From an uncultured Aliarcobacter sp. (lineage in GTDB: Bacteria > Campylobacterota > Campylobacteria > Campylobacterales > Arcobacteraceae), in the NCBI GenBank assembly GCA_963677435.1, contig OY781945.1, positions 928,001 to 992,000 on the forward strand: a stretch of DNA of 64,000 bases, written 5' to 3'. The position numbers were made by a program, and so were the translations under genes. The first letter of the stretch is position 1; every line of letters begins with the position of its first letter. The notes under the pieces are model-generated. The model ran no database searches. It was given only the letters and a program-made list of their open reading frames with translations, and was not told where the DNA came from. Below are positions 12,666 to 23,185 of this stretch, in pieces.

Positions 12666-13716
12666 AGTACTTGAAATGGAAAGTTCACGAGGTTGGGGTG
12701 GACAGGAAAAAAGAACTGTTCGATTAGTTAATAATTTAGATAAAAATGAATTTGAAGTATTTTGGGCTGTTGAAAAAAATAGTATTTTATATGAAAAAAA
12801 AGATGAAATAAATGCTACATTTTTCACATATAAACTAAATAAAATCTATAATATTTTTACAATTTTTAAGTTAATAAAATTAGTTAATTCAAAAAAGATT
12901 AATATTATTTCTACACATTCAGGAAAAGATTCTTGGATTGGAAATATTGTTGGGCTTTTTACAAAAGCAAAAGTGGTAAGAGTTAGACATCTGATTTTAC
13001 CTATTAAAGGTCCATATAGTTACAATTTAGCTGATAGGGTAGTTACTGTTAGTAATCAAGTAAAAGAGTATTTAATTTCTCAGGGTGTGAAAAAAGAAAA
13101 ACTTTTAAATATTTATACAGGAATAGATACAAATAAATTTAATTCAAATATTGAATATGATTTAAGAAAAGAGTTTGGCTTCTCATCAGATGTTGTTTTA
13201 GTTGGTATTGTTGCAGTATTACGAGCTGCAAAACAGCATATAAAATTGATTGAAACTTTTTCAAAAATAAATCATGACAATGTAAAATTATTGATTATTG
13301 GCGAAGGTCCTATGAAAGAAGAGATAGAAACTTGTATATCTAATAATAATTTAAAAGAAAAAGTTTTTATGTTAGGACATAGAGAAGATGTTCATTTATT
13401 ATTACCAAATTTAGATATTTTCTGTCTTTCTTCAAGACATGAGGCTTTGGGTACAAGTTTACTTGAAGCTCAAAGTTGTGGAGTTCCTGTATTAGGAAGT
13501 AATGTGGGTGGAATACCTGAAGCTTTAAGCGATGGACAAACTGGTTATTTATTTGATGATTTTGATGATTTAGAAAAGAAATTTAATGAATTATTGGAAA
13601 ATAGAGAAAAGTTACAAGAGTTTAAAAATAATTCAAGAAAATTTATTTTAGAAAAATTTTCTGTAGAAAAAATGATGGAAGATACAAAAAAACTTTATAG
13701 AGAACTTTGCCTATGA
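12658..13716 (+). CDS. GT4 glycosyltransferase
   Basis: GWGGQE N-terminal motif and EALGTSLLEA (EX7E). Confidence 0.88.
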   Translation: MIKVLEMESSRGWGGQEKRTVRLVNNLDKNEFEVFWAVEKNSILYEKKDEINATFFTYKLNKIYNIFTIFKLIKLVNSKKINIISTHSGKDSWIGNIVGLFTKAKVVRVRHLILPIKGPYSYNLADRVVTVSNQVKEYLISQGVKKEKLLNIYTGIDTNKFNSNIEYDLRKEFGFSSDVVLVGIVAVLRAAKQHIKLIETFSKINHDNVKLLIIGEGPMKEEIETCISNNNLKEKVFMLGHREDVHLLLPNLDIFCLSSRHEALGTSLLEAQSCGVPVLGSNVGGIPEALSDGQTGYLFDDFDDLEKKFNELLENREKLQEFKNNSRKFILEKFSVEKMMEDTKKLYRELCL

Positions 13717-14477
13717 GTATTCCTGTAGTAATGTATCATCATGTTTTATCAAAAGAGAGCTTTATTTCAAGTGGAATAAGCAATTTTGAAAAACAGATGA
13801 AACTACTTTGTGATGAAAATTGGAAAACAATTACATCAGAGGAATTTTATTTATTTAAAAAAAAGAGATTGAAACTTCCTAAAAAATCTGTATTGATTAC
13901 TTTTGATGATGGTTGGAGAGATAATTATGTTTATGCATATCCTATTTTAAAGAAATATAATTTGAGAGCAACACTTTTTATTGTAACTCAATGGATTGAA
14001 AAAGCCTCAAATGAAGATGATTGTGAGTATATAGAAACAAAACATAGTGAGTGTAAAAATTTAGTTTCTACAAATCCAAGAAGAGTAATCTGCTCATGGG
14101 ATGAACTAAAAAAAATGAGTGATGTTTTTGATTACCACTCACACACACATAGTCATTATGACAATTATTTTGAACAAATATCTTTAGAAGAAGAGTTTAG
14201 TAAATCAAAAGAATTAATAAAAGATCGATTAGGATTTGAAGATAAGCAGTTATGTTGGCCAAGGGGAATATACTCAGATGAATCAATAAAACTTGCTAAT
14301 GAAAATAATTTTGAAATCTTATATACAACAAAAAGAGGTATTAATCTAGCAGATGATAAGCTTTTAGAGATTAAAAGATTTGCTGCAAAAAAAGATGATA
14401 AATGGTTGAAAAAGAATCTTTTTATATACTCAAATAATTTAATTGGAAAAATTTATTCATGGATAAAACCACAATGA
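13713..14477 (+). CDS. Polysaccharide deacetylase (CE4/NodB fold, WabN-like)
   Basis: PVVMYHHV, ITFDDG, HSHTHSH and WPRG motifs. Confidence 0.88.
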   Translation: MSIPVVMYHHVLSKESFISSGISNFEKQMKLLCDENWKTITSEEFYLFKKKRLKLPKKSVLITFDDGWRDNYVYAYPILKKYNLRATLFIVTQWIEKASNEDDCEYIETKHSECKNLVSTNPRRVICSWDELKKMSDVFDYHSHTHSHYDNYFEQISLEEEFSKSKELIKDRLGFEDKQLCWPRGIYSDESIKLANENNFEILYTTKRGINLADDKLLEIKRFAAKKDDKWLKKNLFIYSNNLIGKIYSWIKPQ

Positions 14478-15433
14478 TTGATTTAAATGAAAAAAAAATA
14501 TTATTAGTAAGAAATGATAACGTTGGTGATTTGATTTGTACAACTCCTGCAATAGAGGCATTAAGAAAAAAATATCCCAATAATCAAATTGATATTGTTG
14601 TTAATTCATATAATTATGAAGCTATTTATAATAATCCATTTATAAATAAAATTTACTGTTATACTAAACCAAAACACAAAAAATCATTATGGAATAAAAT
14701 TAGTGCAGGAATAGGGAAACTAAAAATATTACTAGATATTTATAAAGAGAATTATGTTACAGTAATTATTTTTAGAAGTGGATATTCAAAATCAGCTGAA
14801 CTTTTTTCTAAGATTACTAAAGCTTCATATAAAGTAGGTGTGAAAAATCCCAAAGGTAAGGATGATTTTAATATCTATGTTTCATCAAATGAGTTACAAC
14901 ATGAAGTTGAATTTTGTTTAGATTGTTTAAAAGAGTTTGGAGTAACTTATAATAATGAAAAAACTCTGTATTTTATAGATGAAGAGTTATTTTCTAAATA
15001 TAATAATTTTAGCGACCATATTCTTTTTCATATCTCTTCAAGAATTGAAGAAAATAAGTACAGTAAAGAAAATTTCAAAAAAATATTTGATTTATTAACA
15101 GATAAAAAAATAATTATAAGCGCAGAACCAGATGATTTTGAGATGGCAAAATGGTTAGATGAAAATACAAATGTTACATTTATTAAAACTAAATCTTTAC
15201 AAGATTTAGGTGGATTAATCAAAAATGTTAAACTACTAGTTACTTTAGATGGTGGAGCTATGCATTTGGGGCCAGCAGTGGGAACAAAAACAATTTCTAT
15301 TAGTGGTAAAACAAATATGAATAAATGGTATCCTTGGGGATATAAAGATTTGGTAGTACAAGATCAATCTAAAATTGCAAATAATGTAGATTATCAAGAA
15401 ATTGTAAAAATGGTAAATAATAATGAAATTTAA
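14474..15433 (+). CDS. GT9 glycosyltransferase
   Basis: RNDNVGDLICTTP and TLDGGAMHLG; ATG at 14474 overlaps the upstream stop (ATGA). Confidence 0.85.
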   Translation: MIDLNEKKILLVRNDNVGDLICTTPAIEALRKKYPNNQIDIVVNSYNYEAIYNNPFINKIYCYTKPKHKKSLWNKISAGIGKLKILLDIYKENYVTVIIFRSGYSKSAELFSKITKASYKVGVKNPKGKDDFNIYVSSNELQHEVEFCLDCLKEFGVTYNNEKTLYFIDEELFSKYNNFSDHILFHISSRIEENKYSKENFKKIFDLLTDKKIIISAEPDDFEMAKWLDENTNVTFIKTKSLQDLGGLIKNVKLLVTLDGGAMHLGPAVGTKTISISGKTNMNKWYPWGYKDLVVQDQSKIANNVDYQEIVKMVNNNEI

Positions 15434-16529
15434 TATTTTTGAATTTTATGTGAATCTGAGATTAAAATCTCATTCTAATTATCCTAAATTAGATAAATTG
15501 GATATGGATAAAATAAATACAATCTTGATATTCTCAAATACAGCTATTGGTGATACCTTATTCAATACGCCAGTATTTAGAGCATTAAAAGAAAATTTTC
15601 CAGCTAAAAAATTAGTTGTTATATTAAATCCAACTAATTATAAACTATTTGAAAATAATAGATATATTGATGAGATAATTTTGTATGATGGACGATGGAA
15701 AAACTTCTTTTCAGTTTTAAAACAGATTAAAAAATATTCTATAGATTTGTCTTTGATTTTACACTCAAATGAACCTCAAGCAACACCATTAGCAGTTTTA
15801 TGTGGTTCAAAGTATATAATTAAAATACCTAATAATAAAACAAAATATAGTGTCTATCACAATAATATAGAACTTGGACCATATCATGATAGACATGGAA
15901 TATTTGATAGATTAAGGGTTCTTGAATATTTGAATATAAAAGCTACTGATCCAAGAATGGAGCTTTTTCTAGAAGAAGAGAATAAAGAAGAAATTAGTAA
16001 TTTTTTCATAAAGAATAATATAGATAAGAAAAAAGATATATTAATAGGTTTTCAAATTGGAGCATCAACTGTAAGTAGAATGTGGTTTGATGAAAGATGG
16101 ATTGAACTTGGAAAAAAACTATTAGATTCAAATAAAAATATTAAGATTATACTTACTGGTTCTCCTTCTGAAAAGAATTTAACTTCAAAAGTTTCTAATG
16201 CTTTGAATAATGATAGAGTTTATAATCTTGCAGGTGAATTTAATATTAAAAGTGCAGCAGCATTAATTGGGATGATTGATATATTTATAACTCCAGATAC
16301 TGGACCATTACATATTGCTGCATCTTTGAGAGTTCCAACTATTACACTTTTTGCAGCTGCTAAATGGTATGTTTCAAATCCTTGCTTTGATGAAGATATT
16401 CATTTATATATCCAAAAAGATAGAACTTGTGAACCATGTATAGGGAAAAGTTGTAAATTCCAAAAATGTATGTTGCAGATTAGTATAGAAGAAGTATATG
16501 AAAAAATCATTATTCTAATAAATAAGTAA
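15423..16529 (+). CDS. GT9 glycosyltransferase
   Basis: SNTAIGDTLFNTP, TPDTGPLHIA and C-terminal CEPC...C...C. Confidence 0.87.
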   Translation: MKFNIFEFYVNLRLKSHSNYPKLDKLDMDKINTILIFSNTAIGDTLFNTPVFRALKENFPAKKLVVILNPTNYKLFENNRYIDEIILYDGRWKNFFSVLKQIKKYSIDLSLILHSNEPQATPLAVLCGSKYIIKIPNNKTKYSVYHNNIELGPYHDRHGIFDRLRVLEYLNIKATDPRMELFLEEENKEEISNFFIKNNIDKKKDILIGFQIGASTVSRMWFDERWIELGKKLLDSNKNIKIILTGSPSEKNLTSKVSNALNNDRVYNLAGEFNIKSAAALIGMIDIFITPDTGPLHIAASLRVPTITLFAAAKWYVSNPCFDEDIHLYIQKDRTCEPCIGKSCKFQKCMLQISIEEVYEKIIILINK

Positions 16530-16542
16530 GACGGAGAAAATT

Positions 16543-17046
16543 TTGCAGACAAGAGAAAAAATTATAGTAATAGTTATATTCAAGTTTATTAACTTCTTTA
16601 TTTCTAATCATAAAAAAAGAGCCATTCTACTTAATAAAATTTTTTCAAATTTCAAATTTTCTAATAATGTTAATATTAGAAGGAATGTTACATTTTATGG
16701 GAAAGGTAGCTTAATAATTGGCGAAAATAGTTTCATTAATGAAGAGTGTTTTTTAGATTTGTCTTCAAAAATTATAATAGGTAATGATGTTGCTATAGGA
16801 ATGAGAACAATGGTTTTATCATCTAGTCATAATATCGGAATAAAAAGATGTGGTGAAATTAAAAGAAAGTGTACAGTTATAAAAAATAATGTATGGATTG
16901 GTGCCGGAGTTACAATATATCCAGGTATTATCATCGGTGAAGGTTCTATAATTTCTGCAGGAGAAATAGTTGATATAAATGTGCCAGATAATGTAATATT
17001 GAAACAAGGAAAATTTATAAAATTAGATGAAAGTAAATTAAAATGA
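16543..17046 (+). CDS. Hexapeptide-repeat (LbetaH) O-acetyltransferase
   Basis: IGENSFIN, IGNDVAIG and NVWIGAGVTIYPG repeats; SD GGAG before a TTG start. Confidence 0.85.
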   Translation: MQTREKIIVIVIFKFINFFISNHKKRAILLNKIFSNFKFSNNVNIRRNVTFYGKGSLIIGENSFINEECFLDLSSKIIIGNDVAIGMRTMVLSSSHNIGIKRCGEIKRKCTVIKNNVWIGAGVTIYPGIIIGEGSIISAGEIVDINVPDNVILKQGKFIKLDESKLK

Positions 17047-18137
17047 TTAAAAATATATTAATTATATCTCACGGTTCGGCATTGGGAGGAAGTCCAATAT
17101 CTGCTCTTAATATTGGAAGATTTATAAATAAAAAGGAATTTAATCCAATATTTGTTTTTGGGGAAGATGGACCAATTGTTGAGGTTGCTAGAAATGAGGG
17201 ATTTAAAGTATATGTAATTAAAAAAAGAGGATTCTTATCACTTCCTTTTTTATATGATTTTATGAAAGTAATAAAAAAAGAAAATATAGATTTAATACAT
17301 TTAAATACATTAACTTCATACTATAAATATCCAGCAATTGCAGCAAAACTTCTAAATAAAAAAGCTGTTTGGTTTGTAAGAGAAAATCCAGAAGAAAAAA
17401 GATGTGTTAAATTAGCTAGATATATTAACAATTATTCAAATAAAATTGTTACTGTTTCATACGATACGGCAAATCATATGAATTATGCTAAAAAAGAAAA
17501 TTTGATGACAATTCATAATGGAATAAATTTAGATTTTAATGATGATACTAATATTGAAGAATCATATAAATTATTAAACTTAGAGAGTAATTTTAAATAT
17601 CTAACAACTATTGCTTCTCTTGAAGCTAGAAAAGGAATACTTGAATTAATTGAAAGTTTCAATTTAATACTTGATAATATTGGTCAAGATGTAAAACTAT
17701 TGATTGTTGGAAAAGATAGAACGCAAAATAAAACTTATTTAAATGAAATAAAAAAGAAAATCTCGGAATTAAATCTTCAAGATAGAGTTATATTATTTGG
17801 AGAAAGCAATAAAATTAAAGAAATCATGTCAATAACAGAGGTTTTTATACTTAATGCTTATTGGGAAGGTTTATCAAGAGTATTACTTGAAGCAATGATT
17901 TGCTCTAAACCAATTTTAGCTAGTTCAAATGGTGGTAATAAAGAACAAGTTATAGATGGCATCAATGGTTTTACATTTAATGCTGGAGATATAGAGAAAT
18001 TATCAGAGTTAATTGTAAAAATATTGGAATCTGATTTAAAAGTATTGGGAGATAATTCAAAAAATCTGGCAATAGAGAAGTTTAATATAGAAAAAACTAC
18101 TAAAAAGATAGAGAATCTTTATAAATCTTTGTTATAA
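17043..18137 (+). CDS. GT4 glycosyltransferase
   Basis: LGGS N-terminal motif, RKG and EGLSRVLLEAM. Confidence 0.87.
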   Translation: MIKNILIISHGSALGGSPISALNIGRFINKKEFNPIFVFGEDGPIVEVARNEGFKVYVIKKRGFLSLPFLYDFMKVIKKENIDLIHLNTLTSYYKYPAIAAKLLNKKAVWFVRENPEEKRCVKLARYINNYSNKIVTVSYDTANHMNYAKKENLMTIHNGINLDFNDDTNIEESYKLLNLESNFKYLTTIASLEARKGILELIESFNLILDNIGQDVKLLIVGKDRTQNKTYLNEIKKKISELNLQDRVILFGESNKIKEIMSITEVFILNAYWEGLSRVLLEAMICSKPILASSNGGNKEQVIDGINGFTFNAGDIEKLSELIVKILESDLKVLGDNSKNLAIEKFNIEKTTKKIENLYKSLL

Positions 18138-19182
18138 ATTCTTTAATATCTTGTTTTTGCTTATCATTAATTGTAAAAATATTTTTACATTTTTCTTCAC
18201 TTGATGTTTTGAAAACTGAAGAGTATGGCACGCAAGAGGCATTTGATTTTATAATTAATGAGTTAACTACTGGTCTTTGCTCTTTCCAAAAACAAGGACC
18301 TGCAAAATTAATAGTTGCTACATTCATCGCATCAGCAATATAGCTATTTCCTGTATCTGAAGATATATATACATTTATTTTTGAAATTTCATATGGTAAA
18401 TATTTTAACTCGATTTTACCTAACAATGAAATTAAAGTGGATTTCTTTAAATCTATATTATTTGTTAAGTTATTAAGTAATTCAATTTCATTAGGCAATC
18501 CGAAAATATAGATATTTGCATTAAAATCATCTAAAATTTTAAACACTTCTTTCCATGTTTGTATATCAATTGTTTTTAATTTATTTGCTGCAGTTAAACT
18601 AATTCCAATTGAAAATATATTTTCATTAATAAACACTTCATTTGATTCTAAAATAGGTTTTTGAATGATTTTTTTGTAGTTATTATAATTAAAATTGTTG
18701 TTAATCATTTTTAAATAAGAATCAAGGGTTAAATCATCTGTAGTATGGTTTATCTTTTTCATTCCAAAAGACAATAAAGATTTATACCATTTATCAGCAT
18801 ATGTTATCAAAGTAACTTTGTTTTTAGCCCAACTCATTTGACCTAGAAATAAATTATAGCTATTTGGCATAACAATATATACATTTTCATAGTTATTAAA
18901 GAAAATTTTAAATGCAAGTTTGATTTTAGTAAGAAGACTTTTTTTGTATTCATTTATGATTAATATATTTTTTAATCGATTATCATAGTTTGCAAATGCA
19001 GTATTAATTTGATCAATTAATATATCTGATTGCTTAAGTGCATCAATCATAATCGAAGTATTAACATAATCACCAATTTTAGCAGTTTGGATTATTAAGT
19101 TACCAGATGTTTTATTTTTTCTAAATAGTGATAAGATTAGAAGAAAAGGAGATAAAATTAAAAATATAATATAGTAAATCAT
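18100..19182 (-). CDS. Divergent GT9 glycosyltransferase with N-terminal hydrophobic helix
   Basis: IIQTAKIGDYVN and SSDTGNSYIA; ATG at 19182 chosen over the track's 19200. Confidence 0.75.
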   Translation of the reverse strand: MIYYIIFLILSPFLLILSLFRKNKTSGNLIIQTAKIGDYVNTSIMIDALKQSDILIDQINTAFANYDNRLKNILIINEYKKSLLTKIKLAFKIFFNNYENVYIVMPNSYNLFLGQMSWAKNKVTLITYADKWYKSLLSFGMKKINHTTDDLTLDSYLKMINNNFNYNNYKKIIQKPILESNEVFINENIFSIGISLTAANKLKTIDIQTWKEVFKILDDFNANIYIFGLPNEIELLNNLTNNIDLKKSTLISLLGKIELKYLPYEISKINVYISSDTGNSYIADAMNVATINFAGPCFWKEQRPVVNSLIIKSNASCVPYSSVFKTSSEEKCKNIFTINDKQKQDIKEFITKIYKDSLSF

Positions 19183-19358
19183 AAGTAGGATTCTATACAA
19201 AATTTACTTTATTTAAAATTTTGTATATATAAAATTAGATTATAAAATAAAAAAATTATAATAACAATTTATAAAAACAATAATGTTATTATATCAGTAT
19301 TATATAAGACATTTAACGATATACTCGGAATTCTATTTTAATATGTACTGGAGAGTTA

Positions 19359-20702
19359 TTGACTTTTTTTTTTAAATTTGTAGGATATAACTTTTTTTTT
19401 ATGTCTTTTATATTATCTATTCCTCATACTTTAGCCATTAGAAATATATTACTTTATAGTTTATTTTCAGTTGTAATTTATTTTTATTTTAAATCTAAAT
19501 CAAATATATTTAATATTTTTCAAAATGAAAGATTAATCTTCTTACAAAAAACTTATTTTTTATTAACATTATGGATTTTTTTTGGTTTAATATTTTTAGC
19601 AGAAAATCAAAAATTAGTTTTCAGTGAAATTAAAAATTATTGGATAGTTCCTTTTTTATATTTTATTTGCTCTTTTGTATCCTTTATAATTATTTATAGA
19701 CATAATAAAAAATTTGTACAATATCTATTCTCTATAATTTTTATTGCCTTTTTAACTCATATAATTTACATAGATTTTTATGCTCTTCAACAATATATTT
19801 TAAATAATCACTTAATTAGTAGGTTTGGTGGATTAGAAGGAACTCCTGATAGGGCTAGTTATGTTACAAATTTACTTTTGGGATTGTTATTTGCAGAGAT
19901 TGTTTATCGACTAAAAACAACTAAAAAATTTCTTGTTTTTGATAATTTTACTGTTATTATATTTTTATTATTAATATTAATGAGTGCTGTTATTGAATCT
20001 ATGAGAAATGGAGTTCTAACAGTAGTTTTTTTAATTCTAACAAGCTTATTTTTGATTTTTTACAAATCTAATTATTCTATTAAATTAAAAATATTGATAT
20101 CAGTTGTATTATTTGCATTATTATCATTCCCTTTATATTATAATCTTAAGAATGATGCAAGATGGACTACTCTTATAAAAACAATTCCTATTGCATTAGA
20201 TATTGAAAATAATAAATATTGGTTAAATTCTAGTAAATTTTCAATTCCTAAATTACCTGATGGTAAGAATGTTACATATTCTAATTATGCAAGAATAGCA
20301 TGGTTTAAAGCAGGAATATTATTTGCAGTAGAAAAACCTTTTGGTATTGGTTACCAAAGAAATAGTTTTGGTGAAGCTATGCAAAGTAAATATGGTGAAC
20401 ACGCAAGAAGTACATCTCACAGCGGATTTATTGATTTGTTGATTGGAATTGGATTTTTAGGAGTAGGTATATTCTTTGTTTTGATTTACAAAATAATAAA
20501 ATACTCTTTTGAAATATTTTTTAAAGAGTATAACTATTATTCAATAGCATTAATTTTTATGGTTACAGGAACTATTAGTAGATTTTTTGTTGACCCAAAT
20601 TTAAGAGATCATATGTTTTTAACTTTTATGTTTATTCTTGGATTTTTACTAGCAGGATTATTTGAAACAGATGAAAAAATTAAAATTAATAAGAGCAAAT
20701 AA
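19359..20702 (+). CDS. O-antigen ligase family membrane protein (WaaL-like)
   Basis: About 11-12 hydrophobic segments, SMRNG, SNYARIAW, PFGIGY and the conserved HS (TSHSGF). Confidence 0.8.
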   Translation: MTFFFKFVGYNFFFMSFILSIPHTLAIRNILLYSLFSVVIYFYFKSKSNIFNIFQNERLIFLQKTYFLLTLWIFFGLIFLAENQKLVFSEIKNYWIVPFLYFICSFVSFIIIYRHNKKFVQYLFSIIFIAFLTHIIYIDFYALQQYILNNHLISRFGGLEGTPDRASYVTNLLLGLLFAEIVYRLKTTKKFLVFDNFTVIIFLLLILMSAVIESMRNGVLTVVFLILTSLFLIFYKSNYSIKLKILISVVLFALLSFPLYYNLKNDARWTTLIKTIPIALDIENNKYWLNSSKFSIPKLPDGKNVTYSNYARIAWFKAGILFAVEKPFGIGYQRNSFGEAMQSKYGEHARSTSHSGFIDLLIGIGFLGVGIFFVLIYKIIKYSFEIFFKEYNYYSIALIFMVTGTISRFFVDPNLRDHMFLTFMFILGFLLAGLFETDEKIKINKSK

Positions 20703-21711
20703 AACAAAATTTGGTGGAGCAGAGGTCTATTTGAGTAGATTATCTGAGCAATTAAAAAAAATCAATGTTGAACATGAACTTATTTTCTCAAATATTCCTA
20801 AATTTTTACCATCTTGGTTGAGAGTTATATTATTTAATATTAATGTATGTCTGAATAAAAAAGATGATGTTTATTTTTCACTAGAAAGAATATCTTGTCC
20901 TGATATTTATAGGGCAGGAGATGGTGTTCATAAAGTTTTTTTGCAAGTAGAAAAGAAATCTGTATTTAATCCTCTTCATTTAGTTTATGTATATTTAGAA
21001 AAAAGAACATTTAATAATTCTAAAAAGATTATTGCAAATTCAAAAATGGTAAAAAATCAAATTGTAGAAACTTATAATATTAATCCTGAAAAGATTGAAG
21101 TTATATATAATGGTTTTACTCTTGAGAAAGTTGATTTTGCAAAGTCATATAATAATTTAGATAAAGAGTTTAATCTAAAAAATTATGCAAATAAAAAAAT
21201 ATTTTTATATGTAGGAAGTGGTTTTAAAAGAAAAGGTGTAAAAGAGTTTTTAGAAATTTTATCAAAATTGAAAAATAGAAATTTTATTGCATTTATCATT
21301 GGAAAAGAAAAAAAAATCAAAGATTATATATCTTATGCTAAAGAGTTAAATATTTCTGAACAAGTTATATTTACAGGTGCTAGAACGGATGTAAAAGATT
21401 TTTATACTATTAGTGATATTTTTTTATTTCCAACTAAATATGAACCTTTTTCAAATGTTATTTTAGAAGCTATGAATTATGAAAATGTTGTAATAACAAC
21501 AAAACAAAATGGTGCAAGTGAAATATTACCAACAGATTATATAATGAATAAAGCAGATGATTATTCTATTGTTGATAAAATTGATAAAATTTTAATAGAT
21601 GATTCAGAAATGAATAGGATTAAAAAACAAAATCTTGAAATTGTTCAAAATTTTTCTATTGAAAGAAATGTACAAGAAACATTGAAAGTTATAAATGAAA
21701 TTATTAATTGA
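20671..21711 (+). CDS. GT4 glycosyltransferase, WabG-like (GalA transferase type)
   Basis: FGGAE, ERISCPDIYRAGDGVH, GSGFKRKG and YEPFSNVILEAM motifs. Confidence 0.82.
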   Translation: MKKLKLIRANKTKFGGAEVYLSRLSEQLKKINVEHELIFSNIPKFLPSWLRVILFNINVCLNKKDDVYFSLERISCPDIYRAGDGVHKVFLQVEKKSVFNPLHLVYVYLEKRTFNNSKKIIANSKMVKNQIVETYNINPEKIEVIYNGFTLEKVDFAKSYNNLDKEFNLKNYANKKIFLYVGSGFKRKGVKEFLEILSKLKNRNFIAFIIGKEKKIKDYISYAKELNISEQVIFTGARTDVKDFYTISDIFLFPTKYEPFSNVILEAMNYENVVITTKQNGASEILPTDYIMNKADDYSIVDKIDKILIDDSEMNRIKKQNLEIVQNFSIERNVQETLKVINEIIN

Positions 21712-22627
21712 AGTTCCAACATGGTTAGGTGATGCAATTATGTCAACACCTGCTATTGAAAATATTGTTAAAAACTTTGAAGATATAGAAATTACAATAT
21801 TTGGTTCTTATGTTTCTGCTGAACTTTTTAAAAATCATCCAAATGTAAAAAATATAATTGTAGATAAAACTAAAAAATCAAAAAATAGATATATTGAATT
21901 ATTTAAACTAGCAAGAAAAATAGGTAATTTTGATATGGCTATTAGTTTTAGAAGTTCTTTTACTACAAAATTATTTTTCTTTTTTATAAATGCAAAAAAG
22001 AAATATGTATTTAAAAAAGTAAAAAAGCAGATGCATCAAGTTATAAAATACAATGATTTTATAAATAAATCTTTAAAAAATGATATGCAAGCTGAAGATT
22101 TAAAAATTTGTTTTAATCCTTTCTCTTTTTCTAAAGCAACTTTAGGTATTAATCCTGGAGCTACTTATGGAAGTGCAAAAAGATGGTATCCCCTAGAGTT
22201 TGCAAAAGTTGCTATTTCTCTAGCAAATAAATATGATATTGTAATCTTTGGTGGGCCAAATGAAGTTGATATTGCAAATGATATAGAAAAAGAGTTAATT
22301 TTAAATGGTATTACTAATTATCAAAATTTAGCAGGAAAAACAACTATATCAGAGCTTATAGAAAAAATAGCTGGATTAGATTTATTTATTACAAATGACA
22401 GTGGACCTATGCATGTTGCTGCTGCTTTTAAGATTAAAACTATTTGTATTTTTGGACCAACAAAATTTACTGAAACAAATCAATGGCATAATGAAAATGG
22501 AAGAATAATTACAAAAAGTCTTGATTGTGCACCATGTATGAAGAGAGTTTGTCCATTAAAACACCATAACTGTATGAAGTTAATTACAGCTTCTGATGTT
22601 TTAAAAGTTGTAGAAGAATTAGCTTAA
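21695..22627 (+). CDS. waaF: Lipopolysaccharide heptosyltransferase II
   Basis: [29 protein letters not shown] and [10 protein letters not shown] motifs. Confidence 0.93.
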   Translation: MKLLIEVPTWLGDAIMSTPAIENIVKNFEDIEITIFGSYVSAELFKNHPNVKNIIVDKTKKSKNRYIELFKLARKIGNFDMAISFRSSFTTKLFFFFINAKKKYVFKKVKKQMHQVIKYNDFINKSLKNDMQAEDLKICFNPFSFSKATLGINPGATYGSAKRWYPLEFAKVAISLANKYDIVIFGGPNEVDIANDIEKELILNGITNYQNLAGKTTISELIEKIAGLDLFITNDSGPMHVAAAFKIKTICIFGPTKFTETNQWHNENGRIITKSLDCAPCMKRVCPLKHHNCMKLITASDVLKVVEELA

Positions 22628-23185
22628 TTCATTATCAATAATTTGGCAAATAGTGTGCCCGAATAATATATGCATTTCTTGAATTCTTGGAGTATTATTT
22701 GATGGTACTACTAAATTTATATCACATAACTCATTCATAATTCCACCATCTCTTCCCGTAAATCCTAAAGTTTTGCATCCCATTTCTTTTGCTACTTTTA
22801 GAGCATTAGCAATATTTTTACTATTTCCACTTGTGCTAATACCTATTACTAAGTCACCTTTATTAGCTAATGCTTCAACTTGTCTATCAAAAACTCTATC
22901 ATATCCATAATCATTACCAATTGCAGTTAAGGCACTTGTATCCGTTGTTAGAGCAATTCCTGGTAATCCTCTTCTCTCAGTTTTGTATCTACCTGTTAAT
23001 TCTGCTGCAATATGTTGTGCATCTGCTGCACTTCCACCATTCCCACAAAGTAAGATTTTATTTCCATTTTTTAATGTTTCAACAGCAAGAATTGAAGCTG
23101 CTTCTAATTTTTCTTGCATAGTATCAATTACAGTATTTATTGTTTCTAAATGCGAAGAAAATTCATTTTTAATTGCTTGTTTCAT
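22619..23185 (-). CDS. gmhA: Sedoheptulose 7-phosphate isomerase
   Basis: [19 protein letters not shown] and RIQEMH motifs. Confidence 0.97.
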   Translation of the reverse strand: MKQAIKNEFSSHLETINTVIDTMQEKLEAASILAVETLKNGNKILLCGNGGSAADAQHIAAELTGRYKTERRGLPGIALTTDTSALTAIGNDYGYDRVFDRQVEALANKGDLVIGISTSGNSKNIANALKVAKEMGCKTLGFTGRDGGIMNELCDINLVVPSNNTPRIQEMHILFGHTICQIIDNELS

